From assembly GCA_036676495.1 (NCBI GenBank), contig JAKFCT010000082.1:1-64000 (forward strand): a DNA stretch of 64,000 nt. The letters run 5' to 3'. This document shows, piece by piece, positions 1 to 10,730 of this stretch (position 1 is the first letter of the stretch; each line of letters starts with the position of its first letter). This stretch comes from Candidatus Sericytochromatia bacterium. GTDB taxonomy: Bacteria; Cyanobacteriota; Sericytochromatia; S15B-MN24; UBA4093. The translations under genes and the position numbers were made by a program. Below the pieces are notes generated by a model. The model saw only the letters and a program-made list of their open reading frames with translations, did not search any database and had not been told where the DNA came from.

Positions 1-286
1 GATTTCACAAGCAACTAAGACGGGCACGACGCTGCTCAAGGTCTCTTCCAAGTCGAATCCGGCCTCCGTGGCGGGTGCGATCGCGGGCATGATCCGGGAG
101 ACCGGGCGCTGCGAGGTGCAGGCCATCGGGGCCGGCGCGGTGAACCAGACGGTGAAGGCGATCGGGATCGCGCGGGGCTACGTGGCTCCGGGCGGGATCG
201 ATCTGGTGGCGATTCCGGCGTTCCTGGACATCGAGGTGGGGGGCGAGGAGCGCACGGCGATCCGGTTCATCATCGAGCCGCGGTAA
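1..286 (+). CDS. spoVS: Stage V sporulation protein S family (5'-partial; frame open from position 2)
   Basis: LKVSSKSNPASVAGAIAG...VQAIGAGAVNQTVKAI...PAF...ERTAIRF matches SpoVS. Confidence 0.9.
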   Translation, partial: ISQATKTGTTLLKVSSKSNPASVAGAIAGMIRETGRCEVQAIGAGAVNQTVKAIGIARGYVAPGGIDLVAIPAFLDIEVGGEERTAIRFIIEPR

Positions 287-290
287 GCCA

Positions 291-310
291 GAGGGGGGGC
301 AACCCCCCTC
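291..310. terminator. Hairpin between convergent spoVS and nadK
   Basis: G-run / GCAA loop / C-run inverted repeat. Confidence 0.55.
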
Positions 311-1150
311 AATCCTCGGCATCCGATCCGTCCTGGCGGGGGTCTCCCCAGCGGAGCTTGTCGCGCAGGGCGTTGAAGAAGTCGGAGCCCTTGACCTTGA
401 CGAGCCGGACGACGTGTTCGGAGCGGCGGAAGGTGACTTCGTCGTCGGGCCGTAAGAGGCCGACGGTGAAGCCGTCCGCGGAGAGGAGGGCGCCCTCGGC
501 GCGCTCCTTGGCGACCACGCGGACGATCGTCTCGCTCGACATGACGAGCGGGCGCGCGGTCAGGGTATGCGGGCAGATGGGCGCGAGGACCCATGCCGGC
601 ACGTCCGGCGCCATGATCGGCCCTCCCGCCGACAGGGCGTACGCCGTCGAGCCCGTCGGAGTCGACAGGATCATCCCGTCCGTCCCGTAGCGCGCCACCA
701 GCGACTCCCCCGCGAAGACCTCCAGCTCCAGCATCCGCGAGGACGTCCCCTTCAGGACCACGCCCTCGTTCAAGGCCGTCTGACGCGCCAGCGTCTCGCC
801 CCCGCGGTGATGACGCACGTCCAGCAACGTCCGCGACTCCAGCCGGTACTCCCCGGCGAAGACCCGCTCCAACGCCTCCGCCAGCTCCCCGTACTCCACC
901 TCCGCCAGAAACCCCAGCGTCCCCAGGTCCACCCCCAGGATCGGGGTCTCCAGCGGCGCGATCAAGCGCACCGCCCTCAGAAACGTCCCGTCTCCCCCCA
1001 GCACCACCACCAGGTCCACCGGAGGCAAGGCATGACCCGAGCCCGGCACCGCGTAGACCCGCTTGCCGTGCGACTCGATGAACTCCCGCACCTGCGGCAC
1101 CAGCCCCGCGACCCGCGTCAGCGTCCCGTTGTAGACGATCCCGACCGCGT

Positions 1151-1154
<4 letters not shown>
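309..1154 (-). CDS. nadK: NAD kinase
   Basis: [15 protein letters not shown] and [16 protein letters not shown] motifs. Confidence 0.95.
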
Positions 1155-2005
<851 letters not shown>

Positions 2006-2009
2006 GGGA

Positions 2010-2438
2010 CTAGAGGGCGTTGAGCCCGAGGGCCACGAGAATGCCGAGAATGGCCCCCCCGATGACCTCGAGCGGGGTGTGCCCGAGCAGCTCCTTGAGG
2101 TGGCTCTCCTTGAAGCTCAGCGAATGCTGAAGGTCGAAGATGATCCGGTTGATGATCCGAGCCTGCTTCCCGGCCGCCCGGCGCACTCCCGCCGCATCGT
2201 ACATGACGACCATCGCGAGGACCAGGGAGACGTCGAAGATCGTCGACGTGAACCCTTCGAGGAGGCCGACGGAGGTGCAAAGGCCCGTCACCAGCGCGGT
2301 ATGGGAGCTGGGCATCCCCCCGGTGGTCACCAGGGTGCGAACGTCGATGCGGCGTTCGCGGATGAGCAGGGTGAAGAACTTGATCAGCTGAGCGATGACG
2401 GCGCCGAGGACGCCGGCGAGTAAAGCTTGGTTGGACAT
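2010..2438 (-). CDS. Divergent PAP2 family membrane protein (DUF212)
   Basis: [25 protein letters not shown] motifs. Confidence 0.9.
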   Translation of the reverse strand: MSNQALLAGVLGAVIAQLIKFFTLLIRERRIDVRTLVTTGGMPSSHTALVTGLCTSVGLLEGFTSTIFDVSLVLAMVVMYDAAGVRRAAGKQARIINRIIFDLQHSLSFKESHLKELLGHTPLEVIGGAILGILVALGLNAL

Positions 2439-3341
2439 CTAGCGGTTGCGCTCCGAGACGAAACGGGCGATCGCCCCCAGCGCCACGCCCCGGTCTCCCA
2501 GAGGAGCAATCGCTGACAATGCGGCTTGAATCTGACGATCCGCCTCGCTGCGGGCCTGCTCGAGTCCGTAAAGGGCGGGGTAGGTGGCCTTGTGGGCCAC
2601 GAGGTCCTTGCCGGGGCTCTTGCCGAGCGCCTCGGCGGTCCCCGTGAGATCCAGGATGTCATCGACGATCTGGAACGCCAGGCCCACATGCTCCGCGTAG
2701 CGCGTCAGCATCTCCATCGTGGCGGCCGGCGCGTCCGCGACGTGGCCCCCCAGCCGAACGGCCGCCACGATCAGGGCGCCGGTCTTGTGCCGGTGGATGA
2801 AGTCGAGCGTCGCGGCTTCCACGGGCTTGCCCTCGGCCTGCATGTCCACGACCTGGCCCTCGACCATCGAGAGGGTCGCACTCGCGAGCTCGCCCACCGC
2901 GATGAGCGCCCGCTCGGGGGGACAATATTGGGGCAATTCCTTGGCCAGCACCTGGAAGGCATGGGCCAAGAGTCCGTCCCCAGCGAGGAGCGCCATGGCT
3001 TCGCCGTAGACCACGTGGTTGGTGGGACGCCCCCGGCGCAGCTCGTCGTCATCCATGCAGGGAAGGTCGTCATGGATCAAGGACTGGGTGTGAATCAGCT
3101 CCAGGGCGCAGCCGGCGGGAATGGCCTCCTCGCCCTTGCCTCCGGCTGCCAGGCAAGCCGCGATCCCGAGCAGGGGACGCAGGCGCTTGCCGCCTGCAAG
3201 CACGCTGTAGCGCATGGAGTCCCAGAGCGTCCGAGGGAGCTCCGGGGAGGGAGGAACGATCCGATCGAGCTCCGCTTCGATGCGGCTTCCGTAATCGGAC
3301 CAGAGGGTTTCCAACGTCGAGGGGCCAGTGGAGGGGGTCAC
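2439..3341 (-). CDS. ispA: Polyprenyl (farnesyl/geranylgeranyl) diphosphate synthase
   Basis: GGKRLRP, SLIHDDLPCMDDDELRRG, FQIVDDILD, KATYP; GTG start after GAAGGA. Confidence 0.9.
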   Translation of the reverse strand: MTPSTGPSTLETLWSDYGSRIEAELDRIVPPSPELPRTLWDSMRYSVLAGGKRLRPLLGIAACLAAGGKGEEAIPAGCALELIHTQSLIHDDLPCMDDDELRRGRPTNHVVYGEAMALLAGDGLLAHAFQVLAKELPQYCPPERALIAVGELASATLSMVEGQVVDMQAEGKPVEAATLDFIHRHKTGALIVAAVRLGGHVADAPAATMEMLTRYAEHVGLAFQIVDDILDLTGTAEALGKSPGKDLVAHKATYPALYGLEQARSEADRQIQAALSAIAPLGDRGVALGAIARFVSERNR

Positions 3342-3545
3342 GCGATGTCCTTCAATCTCTAGAGAAAAACGGGCGGCCTTTGGCACGCGCGGCTTTTCGC
3401 ATCCGCCGTGGGCGCTTCGCAACGGCCGCGGGCGCTAAATCCGGCAAGCGGTGGACATTATACCATTTCCCGCATGATACACTAGCCACACGATCGCTCC
3501 GTTGCCCAATTGATGGATGCCCCTGGCAGAAAGAAGGTAAGCCGC

Positions 3546-4577
3546 TTGAGCAAGCAGAACGCCCTTTGCAAGGCCCTCGTAGCCTCCGTTGCCGCCCTCA
3601 CGATCCCCGTGATGCCGGCGATGGCCCAGATGAAGACTCCCGCGAAAGCGCCGGCCCCGGCTCCGGTGGCCGAGCCCGCTCCGGCCTCGACTGAAGCCCC
3701 TGAGATCCCTCCGGCCGCGGCCGAGGTGGCCGCACCGCTGCTCGAGCCGGCCTCTGGCAGTCTCATCGCCGCTCCGGCGAGTGCCAGCATCTTCGCCGCT
3801 CCGGCGAGCCCCAGCGTCATCGCGGCCCCCGAGGCGAGCGCCAGCGTCCCTGTCGCGGGTCCCGGCTTCTCGCTGCCCAGCGTGAAGCTGCCCTTCGCGT
3901 TGACCCTCAGCTATCGTCCCGAGACGGCCGCCTTGGGCGGAAAGGGCTTCGCCCCGGGGGTCGCCACCGTGCCGACCCAGTTCGACTTCCCCGCCGCCAA
4001 CGGCGCCGGCTGGTCCGGCACCGCGGAGATCGGCCTGCCCTTCATCACGCTCGGAGGCCGCACCACCAGCTACGGCAGCATCGGCAACTTCGACGCCTCT
4101 TCGGTCGCGGCCGGCCTCCCCTACTACTGGCCCGAAGGCGCGTGGTCGACCTACATCCGAGCCTTCGGCTTCCGCCTCGGCTACCTGAACGAGCAGTTCA
4201 ACCGCAACATCGGCAAGGACGGAGCCATCGGCTCGCTGGTCGGCGGCATCGACTCGGGATTCAACATCCTGGGACTTCTCGGGGTGGACTACCATGCCCT
4301 CGCAGGCTGGGGCGTCCACGGTCAGACGGTCGAGGGCACCACCACCAGCCATATCCCCACCGAGGCCGAGGCCAGCGTCTACGCGAACATCGGGCCGGTG
4401 AACCTCCGCTTGGGCTACGTCGCCCGGGCCAGCTTCACCGGGGACCCGAGCACCTTCCTCACCGTCATCACCAGCCCCATGTCCCTGGCGACCGACGAGG
4501 GCAAGCGCGACACGGTCAACGCCACCCGCCTCGGCACCTACATGGGCCCCTTCTTCGGAGCAGGGTTCACGTTCTAG
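3546..4577 (+). CDS. Secreted protein, probable outer-membrane beta-barrel with Pro/Ala-rich N-terminal linker (paralog 1)
   Basis: Signal peptide ending AMA-Q, alternating beta pattern, C-terminal GFTF; TTG start inferred. Confidence 0.65.
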   Translation: MSKQNALCKALVASVAALTIPVMPAMAQMKTPAKAPAPAPVAEPAPASTEAPEIPPAAAEVAAPLLEPASGSLIAAPASASIFAAPASPSVIAAPEASASVPVAGPGFSLPSVKLPFALTLSYRPETAALGGKGFAPGVATVPTQFDFPAANGAGWSGTAEIGLPFITLGGRTTSYGSIGNFDASSVAAGLPYYWPEGAWSTYIRAFGFRLGYLNEQFNRNIGKDGAIGSLVGGIDSGFNILGLLGVDYHALAGWGVHGQTVEGTTTSHIPTEAEASVYANIGPVNLRLGYVARASFTGDPSTFLTVITSPMSLATDEGKRDTVNATRLGTYMGPFFGAGFTF

Positions 4578-4611
4578 CGTCTGGCTTTTATTCATAAAGA
4601 TATATTAAAAT

Positions 4612-4640
4612 AGGAGGGCTCCCTTTCGGGGGGCCCTCCT
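4612..4640. terminator. Hairpin between the two barrel paralogs
   Basis: AGGAGGGCTCCC-tttc-GGGGGGCCCTCCT; no downstream U-tract, so could be a 5'-UTR hairpin. Confidence 0.45.
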
Positions 4641-4693
4641 CTGCTTGGACGTTGGCACGTTCGTTGTACGGTCAAAGAAAGAAGGGTACGACC

Positions 4694-5635
4694 ATGTCGC
4701 ATCACTACGCAATCCGCGCAGCCCTCCTGGCCACGACCTTCGCCCTGATGGCCCCCGCCGCCCTGGCGGCCATGGGATCGTCCGAAGGCACGCAAATCGC
4801 TCAGGCTCGCCGGCCGAGTCCGAGCCCCACCGTTCGCCCGCTCGCCACGCCGACCCCGATGCCCACCCCGATGGCGACTCCGCTGCCCCCGGCGCGAGAG
4901 CCCATCCAGCGCGGCACCGAGCCCCTCCAGCCGATGGGCGAAACGGGCCCGGCGGACCTGACCCCCCTCGACCTCACCGTCGGAGTGGAGTACGAGTTCG
5001 GCAACGCCTCCTCGGGCGGTTTTGCGGCCAACGCCGGCGGCACCCCCACCCAGATCACCAATGCCACCGAGGCCGTCAACGCCTGGTCGGGAGTCGCGGA
5101 GATCGGCCTGGGGGCGTTCGATCTCGGCGCCAAGTACACAAGCTACATGGGCGTCGGCCCCCTCAACGTCGTGAACCCCGCCGGTGGGTTCCTCCCGTTC
5201 TACTGGCCCCAAGAGGCCTGGAGCGCCTACGCTCGCCTGGGAGCCCTGCGCCTGGGCTATCTTAACGAGTACTTCGGCCGGGGCATCGGAAGCGACGGCA
5301 CTATCGGCTCGGTGATCCTGGGATTCGACGGCGGCTTCCCGATCTTGCCCGAAATGCTCGACGTGGACTGGAGCCTCACCGGCGGCTGGGGCGTCCTCGG
5401 ACAGGGCCCCGGCCACATCCCTGCCGAAGCCAAGCTAGGCTTGAGCCTGGTGCTCGGCCCCCTCAACGTGACCGGCGGCTACGTCGGCAGGGCCTCCTTC
5501 ACCGGAGCGCCGGGAGCCTTCTTCACCGCCCTCACCAACCCCGGAGGCCTGAGCGCCGGCGATGCGGCCACGGTCAACCAGACCCGCCTGGGCACCTATC
5601 AGGGACCGTTCATCGGAGCCAGCATCGGCTTCTAA
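4694..5635 (+). CDS. Secreted protein, probable outer-membrane beta-barrel with Pro/Thr-rich linker (paralog 2)
   Basis: Signal peptide; shares WSGxAEIGL, YWPxxAWSxY, RLGYLNExFxRxIGxDGxIGS, HIPxEA, RASFTG, TRLGTYxGPF with paralog 1; C-terminal F. Confidence 0.7.
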   Translation: MSHHYAIRAALLATTFALMAPAALAAMGSSEGTQIAQARRPSPSPTVRPLATPTPMPTPMATPLPPAREPIQRGTEPLQPMGETGPADLTPLDLTVGVEYEFGNASSGGFAANAGGTPTQITNATEAVNAWSGVAEIGLGAFDLGAKYTSYMGVGPLNVVNPAGGFLPFYWPQEAWSAYARLGALRLGYLNEYFGRGIGSDGTIGSVILGFDGGFPILPEMLDVDWSLTGGWGVLGQGPGHIPAEAKLGLSLVLGPLNVTGGYVGRASFTGAPGAFFTALTNPGGLSAGDAATVNQTRLGTYQGPFIGASIGF

Positions 5636-5705
5636 ACACCCTGGCTCGCAAAAAGGTGATATGAGCCTGGGGCCGCGACTGAGCGGTCCCAGGGAAGCCA
5701 TCCCC

Positions 5706-5730
5706 GGGGGGCGCTTCGGCGCCCCCTTTC
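5706..5730 (+). terminator. Intrinsic terminator
   Basis: GGGGGCGC-TTCG-GCGCCCCC-TTTC; same hairpin recurs at ~58806. Confidence 0.7.
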
Positions 5731-5767
5731 GATTGCTCCGGAAGCCCCTGCAAGCTCGCATGCGCGT

Positions 5768-5796
5768 TTGACAGGCAGGGGGGCACATGGTACACC
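5768..5796 (+). promoter_or_regulatory. Sigma70-type promoter of the SLH-porin gene
   Basis: TTGACA-17bp-TACACC with TGn extension. Confidence 0.6.
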
Positions 5797-5858
5797 CCTA
5801 CAACTTTGCGACACCCTGCAATCCGTAGACGCCCCACCCGTCCTTCGAGGAGGAACCG

Positions 5859-7661
5859 ATGGTCATGAAGCACGTGACGACCCTGGGCCTGGCTGCCACC
5901 TTGCTGGTCGGTGCCGTCCCGATGGCGGCGAACGCCCAGGGGTTCACGCCGGTGAGCGAGTTCTCGGATGTGGGCCCCAACCACTGGGCCTACAATGCGA
6001 TCAAGGCCATGGTCGAGAAGTATCAGATCATGGAGGGCTTCCCGGACAATACCTTCCGCGGAGAGCGCACGGTGAACCGCTACGAGATGGCGGCCCTGCT
6101 CGCCAAGGTCATGTCGCGCGTCGAGGAGATGATCGCCTCCGCCACCGGCGAGGTCCCGCCTCCTCCCCGCACGCAGCCGAACGTCTCCTCGGACGATCTG
6201 CGGGTCCTGGCGCGCCTGCAGCAGGAGTTCCGCGATGAGCTGGCGGTCCTCAAGGGCCGTTTCGACACCTTCGACGGCCGTCTCAGCGCCCTGGAGCGCC
6301 GCACCCGCCTGGGCGGCTCCCTTCAGTTCCTGTATCGGACCTACATGTCCCAGCCGGGCACCCAGCAGAACATCCAGGAATTCGATAACCTCCGGGTGCA
6401 GACCAACCTGACGCTGGCCTCCGAGCTGGCGCCCAACATGGCGTTCCGGGGAGCGTATTCGATCTTCAACAACGGCGTGCAGAACTTCCAGAACGGCCAC
6501 CAGGCCGTCGACGGTGGCCTGGGATCGCTGACCGGGGCGGATACCCCCACTCCGATCTATGTCCGCCAATCCTACTTCTCCTGGACGCCGGGCGCGCTGG
6601 GTCTCTACGCGGGCATCATGACGTTCAAGGACTCCAGCTTGAAGGTCGGCAGCGTCCTTCCCAATGCCTTCCGCTCGGCGGCAATCTGGCCGCAAAGCCA
6701 GTCGGGCTACGGGTTCGTGGGAACTCCTCCGCTGGAGCCCACGGCCGAGGGGCTGCGCCTGGTCAGCTTCGGCGCGGGGCTGGCGGATACGCCTCAGGGC
6801 CGCGTGGCCTGGAACCCGGGCATCAACGTGGCGCAGGACCTCCTGGATCCGAACTCGGTGGATCCGATCAACACGGGCTCGGCGCCCAGCGTGGTCCTCG
6901 ATGCGTCGCTGGGCCCGGTGGACCTCGGCTTCGGCTACAACCACGGGACCCCGGGGGCCTCGACGGTGGGGGCGCTCGGCAATTTGCCGGACGCGTTCCC
7001 GATCATCGCGGGGCCGGTGGGCTCCGGCTACTCGCTGCTGCGGCTGGCGACGGACATGGGACCGGCTCGCCTGGGCCTCTACGGCCGGGCGGACAACACG
7101 GCTCTCGGCCGCTTGACCGGCGGTTCTCCCTCTGGGAAGGGCTGGGGGGCCACGCTGGATCTCGGATCCGAGGCGCTGGGCTTGCAGCTCGGCTGGGCCG
7201 AGATGACGCGGACCTACTCGCTCACGGCCTTGCCTTATTTCAACGAGGGCTCCGTGGCGCTCGTGACCAACAACTTGTTCGGGTCGCTGGAGTTCGGCCT
7301 GGCGACCAAGTTCGGCAACGCGGGCGGGCTCGCGCCCACGCCCAATCCGGTCCTGCCCCAGGTGGGCTACAACTGGACCTCGACGGGCGCCTACGTGAGG
7401 TTGCCGGGCTTCTCGGTCTTCCCGTCGATCACCTTGGCGGCCCAGCAGTCGGGCTCGGATCTCTGGGGCTCGAACTACGGCTCGGGGTTCTCGGCGATCG
7501 TGGGCTTCCAGCCGAGCCCGGTGCTTCCGGTGATCGCGATCGAGTACGATCAGGGGAAGTTCTACGGGACCAGCGGGGGACCGGCGGGGGACAACTCCTT
7601 GTTCGGAGGCTCCAAGCAGACGCATGATCAGCTGATCGTGGGGACGTCGCTGAGTTTCTAA
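5859..7661 (+). CDS. SLH-domain outer-membrane protein (OmpM/cyanobacterial porin-like)
   Basis: Signal peptide, SLH motif FSDVxxNHWAY...GFPDNTFRG...NRYEMA, coiled coil LQQEFRDEL, C-terminal barrel ending in F. Confidence 0.85.
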   Translation: MVMKHVTTLGLAATLLVGAVPMAANAQGFTPVSEFSDVGPNHWAYNAIKAMVEKYQIMEGFPDNTFRGERTVNRYEMAALLAKVMSRVEEMIASATGEVPPPPRTQPNVSSDDLRVLARLQQEFRDELAVLKGRFDTFDGRLSALERRTRLGGSLQFLYRTYMSQPGTQQNIQEFDNLRVQTNLTLASELAPNMAFRGAYSIFNNGVQNFQNGHQAVDGGLGSLTGADTPTPIYVRQSYFSWTPGALGLYAGIMTFKDSSLKVGSVLPNAFRSAAIWPQSQSGYGFVGTPPLEPTAEGLRLVSFGAGLADTPQGRVAWNPGINVAQDLLDPNSVDPINTGSAPSVVLDASLGPVDLGFGYNHGTPGASTVGALGNLPDAFPIIAGPVGSGYSLLRLATDMGPARLGLYGRADNTALGRLTGGSPSGKGWGATLDLGSEALGLQLGWAEMTRTYSLTALPYFNEGSVALVTNNLFGSLEFGLATKFGNAGGLAPTPNPVLPQVGYNWTSTGAYVRLPGFSVFPSITLAAQQSGSDLWGSNYGSGFSAIVGFQPSPVLPVIAIEYDQGKFYGTSGGPAGDNSLFGGSKQTHDQLIVGTSLSF

Positions 7662-7876
7662 GCGCTCCGGCCTGCGTGACGAGGCTTGCGGGGCGTGGGG
7701 CGCGCCGAAGCAAGCAAGCGTAGGGCCGCGCCCCAGCACGATTGGATGCGGTTTCCGGGACGCCCGGGGATGCGGCCGCCTGGGCCGCCCTCCCCGGGTG
7801 TCCATGCTTTTTGGCGCCCATGCCGATGCTCGCTCGAACCCTACCGACATAAGGTGGGGGCAGAGAGGAGGGCGTC

Positions 7877-9769
7877 ATGGCGAGGGCATGGCAATCGCGG
7901 GCTTGGCAATCGCGGGCTTGGCAATCGCGGGCATGGGCATCGCATGCCTGGAAATCGATCGCCTGGCGGTCGGGCGTGCTGTTGGCCTTGTTCGGGGCGA
8001 TCGCCCTGGATCAGGCGGCCGCGCGATCCCAGCAAGCCCCTGAGCGTCCCCCGGGACCGATCTTCGGGATGCAGTCCGTGCCCAAGTTCGACGAGCGTCT
8101 GGGCAAGGGGGCATGGAGCGGCTCTCGGGACCGCGGCATGGCCATGCACCGCGATCTCGGCGTGCGCCTGAGCCGGGAGGGCATGATCTGGCGCCTCTAC
8201 CAGCCGGAGCCGGACGGGAGGGTCCCGCACCAGGACGATTTCGACGACGTCGTCGCGCGCCTCGCCCAGGCCGGGATCGCCCTGCAGTTCATGGTGACCG
8301 AGACGCCGTTCTGGGCCTCGACGGCCAAGGACAAGCGTCTGGCGGACCCGGTTTCCTACCGGCAGGCTCCCCCCGAGGGCCTCTACCGCTCGATCTTCAC
8401 GGACGGCACCGACGTCCCGGGTCCGCAAAAGCGCATCAACCCCGATCATCCTTGGGCCGCCTTCCTCGAGACGGTGGTCCGGCGCTACCAGGGCAAGGTG
8501 CGCTACTGGCAGTGCTGGAACGAGCCCGATTACCCCAAGGGGGTCCTCGAGCCGGCTCCCGGGGATCCGCAGCGCTCGTGGCAAGGGAGCGTCAAGGACT
8601 ACGTCCGCCTGCTCGCGGTCACGCATACCGTGGTCAAGTGGATCGACCCCGAGGCGCAGGTCGTGACGGGAGGGCTCGGTTACGCCTCCTACCTGCAGGC
8701 GATGATCGACCACGGCGCGGGCCCCTACTTCGATCTCCTGGATTTCCACGCCTATGGCTGGCCTGGCTCGGACGAGGCCCTCAAGGCCTTTCTCTCCGTG
8801 CATCAGGCCATGCGCCATGTCCTCGATAGCAACGGCCTTTCCCAGAAGGGCATGCTCTGCTCGGAGACCGGTTACAGCGCCGCCGAGCCCGAGATCCAGG
8901 CCGAGTACATCCTCAAGCTCTACGCCACGACCCTGGCGCTGGGGATCGAGGGCACGGTGTACTACAGCAACACCAACCCCAGCTGGCGGCAGATGGGCCT
9001 GGTCGACTGGCGCAGCCTGACCCAGCGGACGGCGGGCTACTGGGCCTACAAGAACGCCTCCGCGGCCCTGGACGGCATGCGTTTCGTCTCGAAGCTGCCC
9101 TTGCCGCCCCAGGCCGTGGGCTACCTCTTCGCCGATCCGTCGAGCAAGCGGGAAGTCGCCGTCCTCTGGGCCCCCTACCGGAAACCCGAGGAGGCCTTGG
9201 CGCTATCGTGGAAGCGCCCCGGCGCGTGGACGCAGGTCACCCCGGAGGGTAAGCACCAAGCGCTGGAGCCCGGGGCGCGCTTACGCCTGCATGCCGGCCC
9301 CGTCATCCTGGATACCGAGGCTGGCGATCGCTACGCGCGGCAGGTCCCCAATCCGCCCCTCTCCCGTAACGGCCTGGCGGTACTGGGGGCTTTGGCCTCC
9401 GGGACGAGCGACGACGGCTTCCATGGTCCGGAGCTGGCGCTCGATGGTGATACCGACAGCCAGTGGATGGGACCGGGCTTCCGCCAGGCGACGGCGTCCT
9501 TCGCGGTGGAGCTGGCCGAGCGATCCGTCATCCGCGAACTACGCCTCAAGACGGGCCCCCTCAAGGGGGCGCGGCTCGATCTTCAGGTCTCCGAGGACGG
9601 CCGTTCCTGGCGAACCGTCCGCGCGGGTGCGACCTTCGAGAGCTGGAAACTGGAGCGCCTGACCCTCCCGAAACCGACGGCCGCCCGCTGGGTTCGCGTG
9701 CTCTGGCGCAACACCCCGGATCGCCGCGCTCCACGCTTCGAGCTCTTCGAGTTGGAGGTCTACGACTAG
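7877..9769 (+). CDS. Secreted clan GH-A glycoside hydrolase with C-terminal discoidin/CBM32-like domain
   Basis: WNEPD acid/base, DFHAYG, SETGY nucleophile; ALDGDTDSQW...VSEDGRSW...ARWVR. Confidence 0.75.
   Translation: MARAWQSRAWQSRAWQSRAWASHAWKSIAWRSGVLLALFGAIALDQAAARSQQAPERPPGPIFGMQSVPKFDERLGKGAWSGSRDRGMAMHRDLGVRLSREGMIWRLYQPEPDGRVPHQDDFDDVVARLAQAGIALQFMVTETPFWASTAKDKRLADPVSYRQAPPEGLYRSIFTDGTDVPGPQKRINPDHPWAAFLETVVRRYQGKVRYWQCWNEPDYPKGVLEPAPGDPQRSWQGSVKDYVRLLAVTHTVVKWIDPEAQVVTGGLGYASYLQAMIDHGAGPYFDLLDFHAYGWPGSDEALKAFLSVHQAMRHVLDSNGLSQKGMLCSETGYSAAEPEIQAEYILKLYATTLALGIEGTVYYSNTNPSWRQMGLVDWRSLTQRTAGYWAYKNASAALDGMRFVSKLPLPPQAVGYLFADPSSKREVAVLWAPYRKPEEALALSWKRPGAWTQVTPEGKHQALEPGARLRLHAGPVILDTEAGDRYARQVPNPPLSRNGLAVLGALASGTSDDGFHGPELALDGDTDSQWMGPGFRQATASFAVELAERSVIRELRLKTGPLKGARLDLQVSEDGRSWRTVRAGATFESWKLERLTLPKPTAARWVRVLWRNTPDRRAPRFELFELEVYD
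7883..7942 (+). repeat. 15-bp tandem repeat (about 4 copies) encoding RAWQS
   Basis: GGGC(A/T)TGGCAATCGC repeated, last copy degenerate. Confidence 0.85.
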
Positions 9770-9782
9770 CCTGAATCGTTGC

Positions 9783-9811
9783 TTTACAAGCCATTTCGAC
9801 CTGCCTATAAT
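9783..9811 (+). promoter_or_regulatory. Sigma70-type promoter
   Basis: TTTACA-17bp-TATAAT. Confidence 0.65.
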
Positions 9812-9868
9812 GAGCGAACGCTACACCTCCCGGCGTCGCACCCTCAGACGAACTCAAAGGATTCTGCC

Positions 9869-10651
9869 TTGCGGACGATTGGCGAGCCCCCCTACCTGTC
9901 GACTCTTCCTCTTTACCATGCCCTCCGGGCGACGGGCCTTTCGCAAGACTTCGAGGTCTCTCGCGCGCGCCTCTCGCACCTCTCCGAGCGCCTGGTCAAC
10001 GGAACGATCGATGCGGGCCCCATCTCGGTCCTCTCCTACCTGCAGCATCGCGAATCGCTCGACCTGATCCCCAACATGGCCCTCAGCTCCATGGGAGCGG
10101 GCGGCTCCGGCGTTTTGGTGAGCACCAAGCCCATCGGCACGTCCTCCGAGTTCGAGGTCGCCGTTCCCAGCCTGAAGGACGGCACCGTCTACCTCCTGCG
10201 CTGGCTCTTCGCCGAGATGTTCGGCTACGAGCCCATCTTGGTGGAGCGTACGGGTAACCCCGACCACTTGCTCCAGGAGCATGGCGCCGCCCTGCTCTTC
10301 GAGGATCAGGCCCTGAGCGCCCGCTTCCACTCGCCCAACCTCCATGTCTGGGATCTCGGGGATGCCTGGTGGCAATGCACCCATACGCCGCTGGTGTACA
10401 TGCTCTGGGTCGCCCGCAAGGAAGTGCCGGAGGCGGAGCGCGAGGCGCTCGCCGCCCGCTTCGCCGAGGCCAAGCGCAGCCTGGGATCCCTCAAGGCCGC
10501 CATCGTGCAGGAGGCCGAGGAGCAGTCGGGGTATCCGACGGAGTACCTCGAGAACTTCTGGTCGCGCTTCAACTACGACTTCACCCCGGCGCACCAGACG
10601 AGCCTGCGGCTCTTCGAGCAATACGTCTGCGCGCTGGACCCGGCCCGCTGA
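9869..10651 (+). CDS. MqnA/MqnD-family (chorismate dehydratase-like) protein, divergent
   Basis: PYLSTLPLY, IDAGPIS, DLGDAWW, PLVYMLWVAR; TTG start inferred. Confidence 0.7.
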   Translation: MRTIGEPPYLSTLPLYHALRATGLSQDFEVSRARLSHLSERLVNGTIDAGPISVLSYLQHRESLDLIPNMALSSMGAGGSGVLVSTKPIGTSSEFEVAVPSLKDGTVYLLRWLFAEMFGYEPILVERTGNPDHLLQEHGAALLFEDQALSARFHSPNLHVWDLGDAWWQCTHTPLVYMLWVARKEVPEAEREALAARFAEAKRSLGSLKAAIVQEAEEQSGYPTEYLENFWSRFNYDFTPAHQTSLRLFEQYVCALDPAR

Positions 10652-10730
10652 CGGTCTAGCGGTTAAGCAGGCATTGGGCAGGGGTACAAGGCTTCCTGGT
10701 ACCGGAGTGAACTAGGAAGGATGTACCCCC

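Noticed and set aside
5706-5730. Identical hairpin at ~5706 and ~58806 as a mobile repeat
   Set aside because: A short GC stem with a UUCG tetraloop after stop codons; convergent terminator design is sufficient
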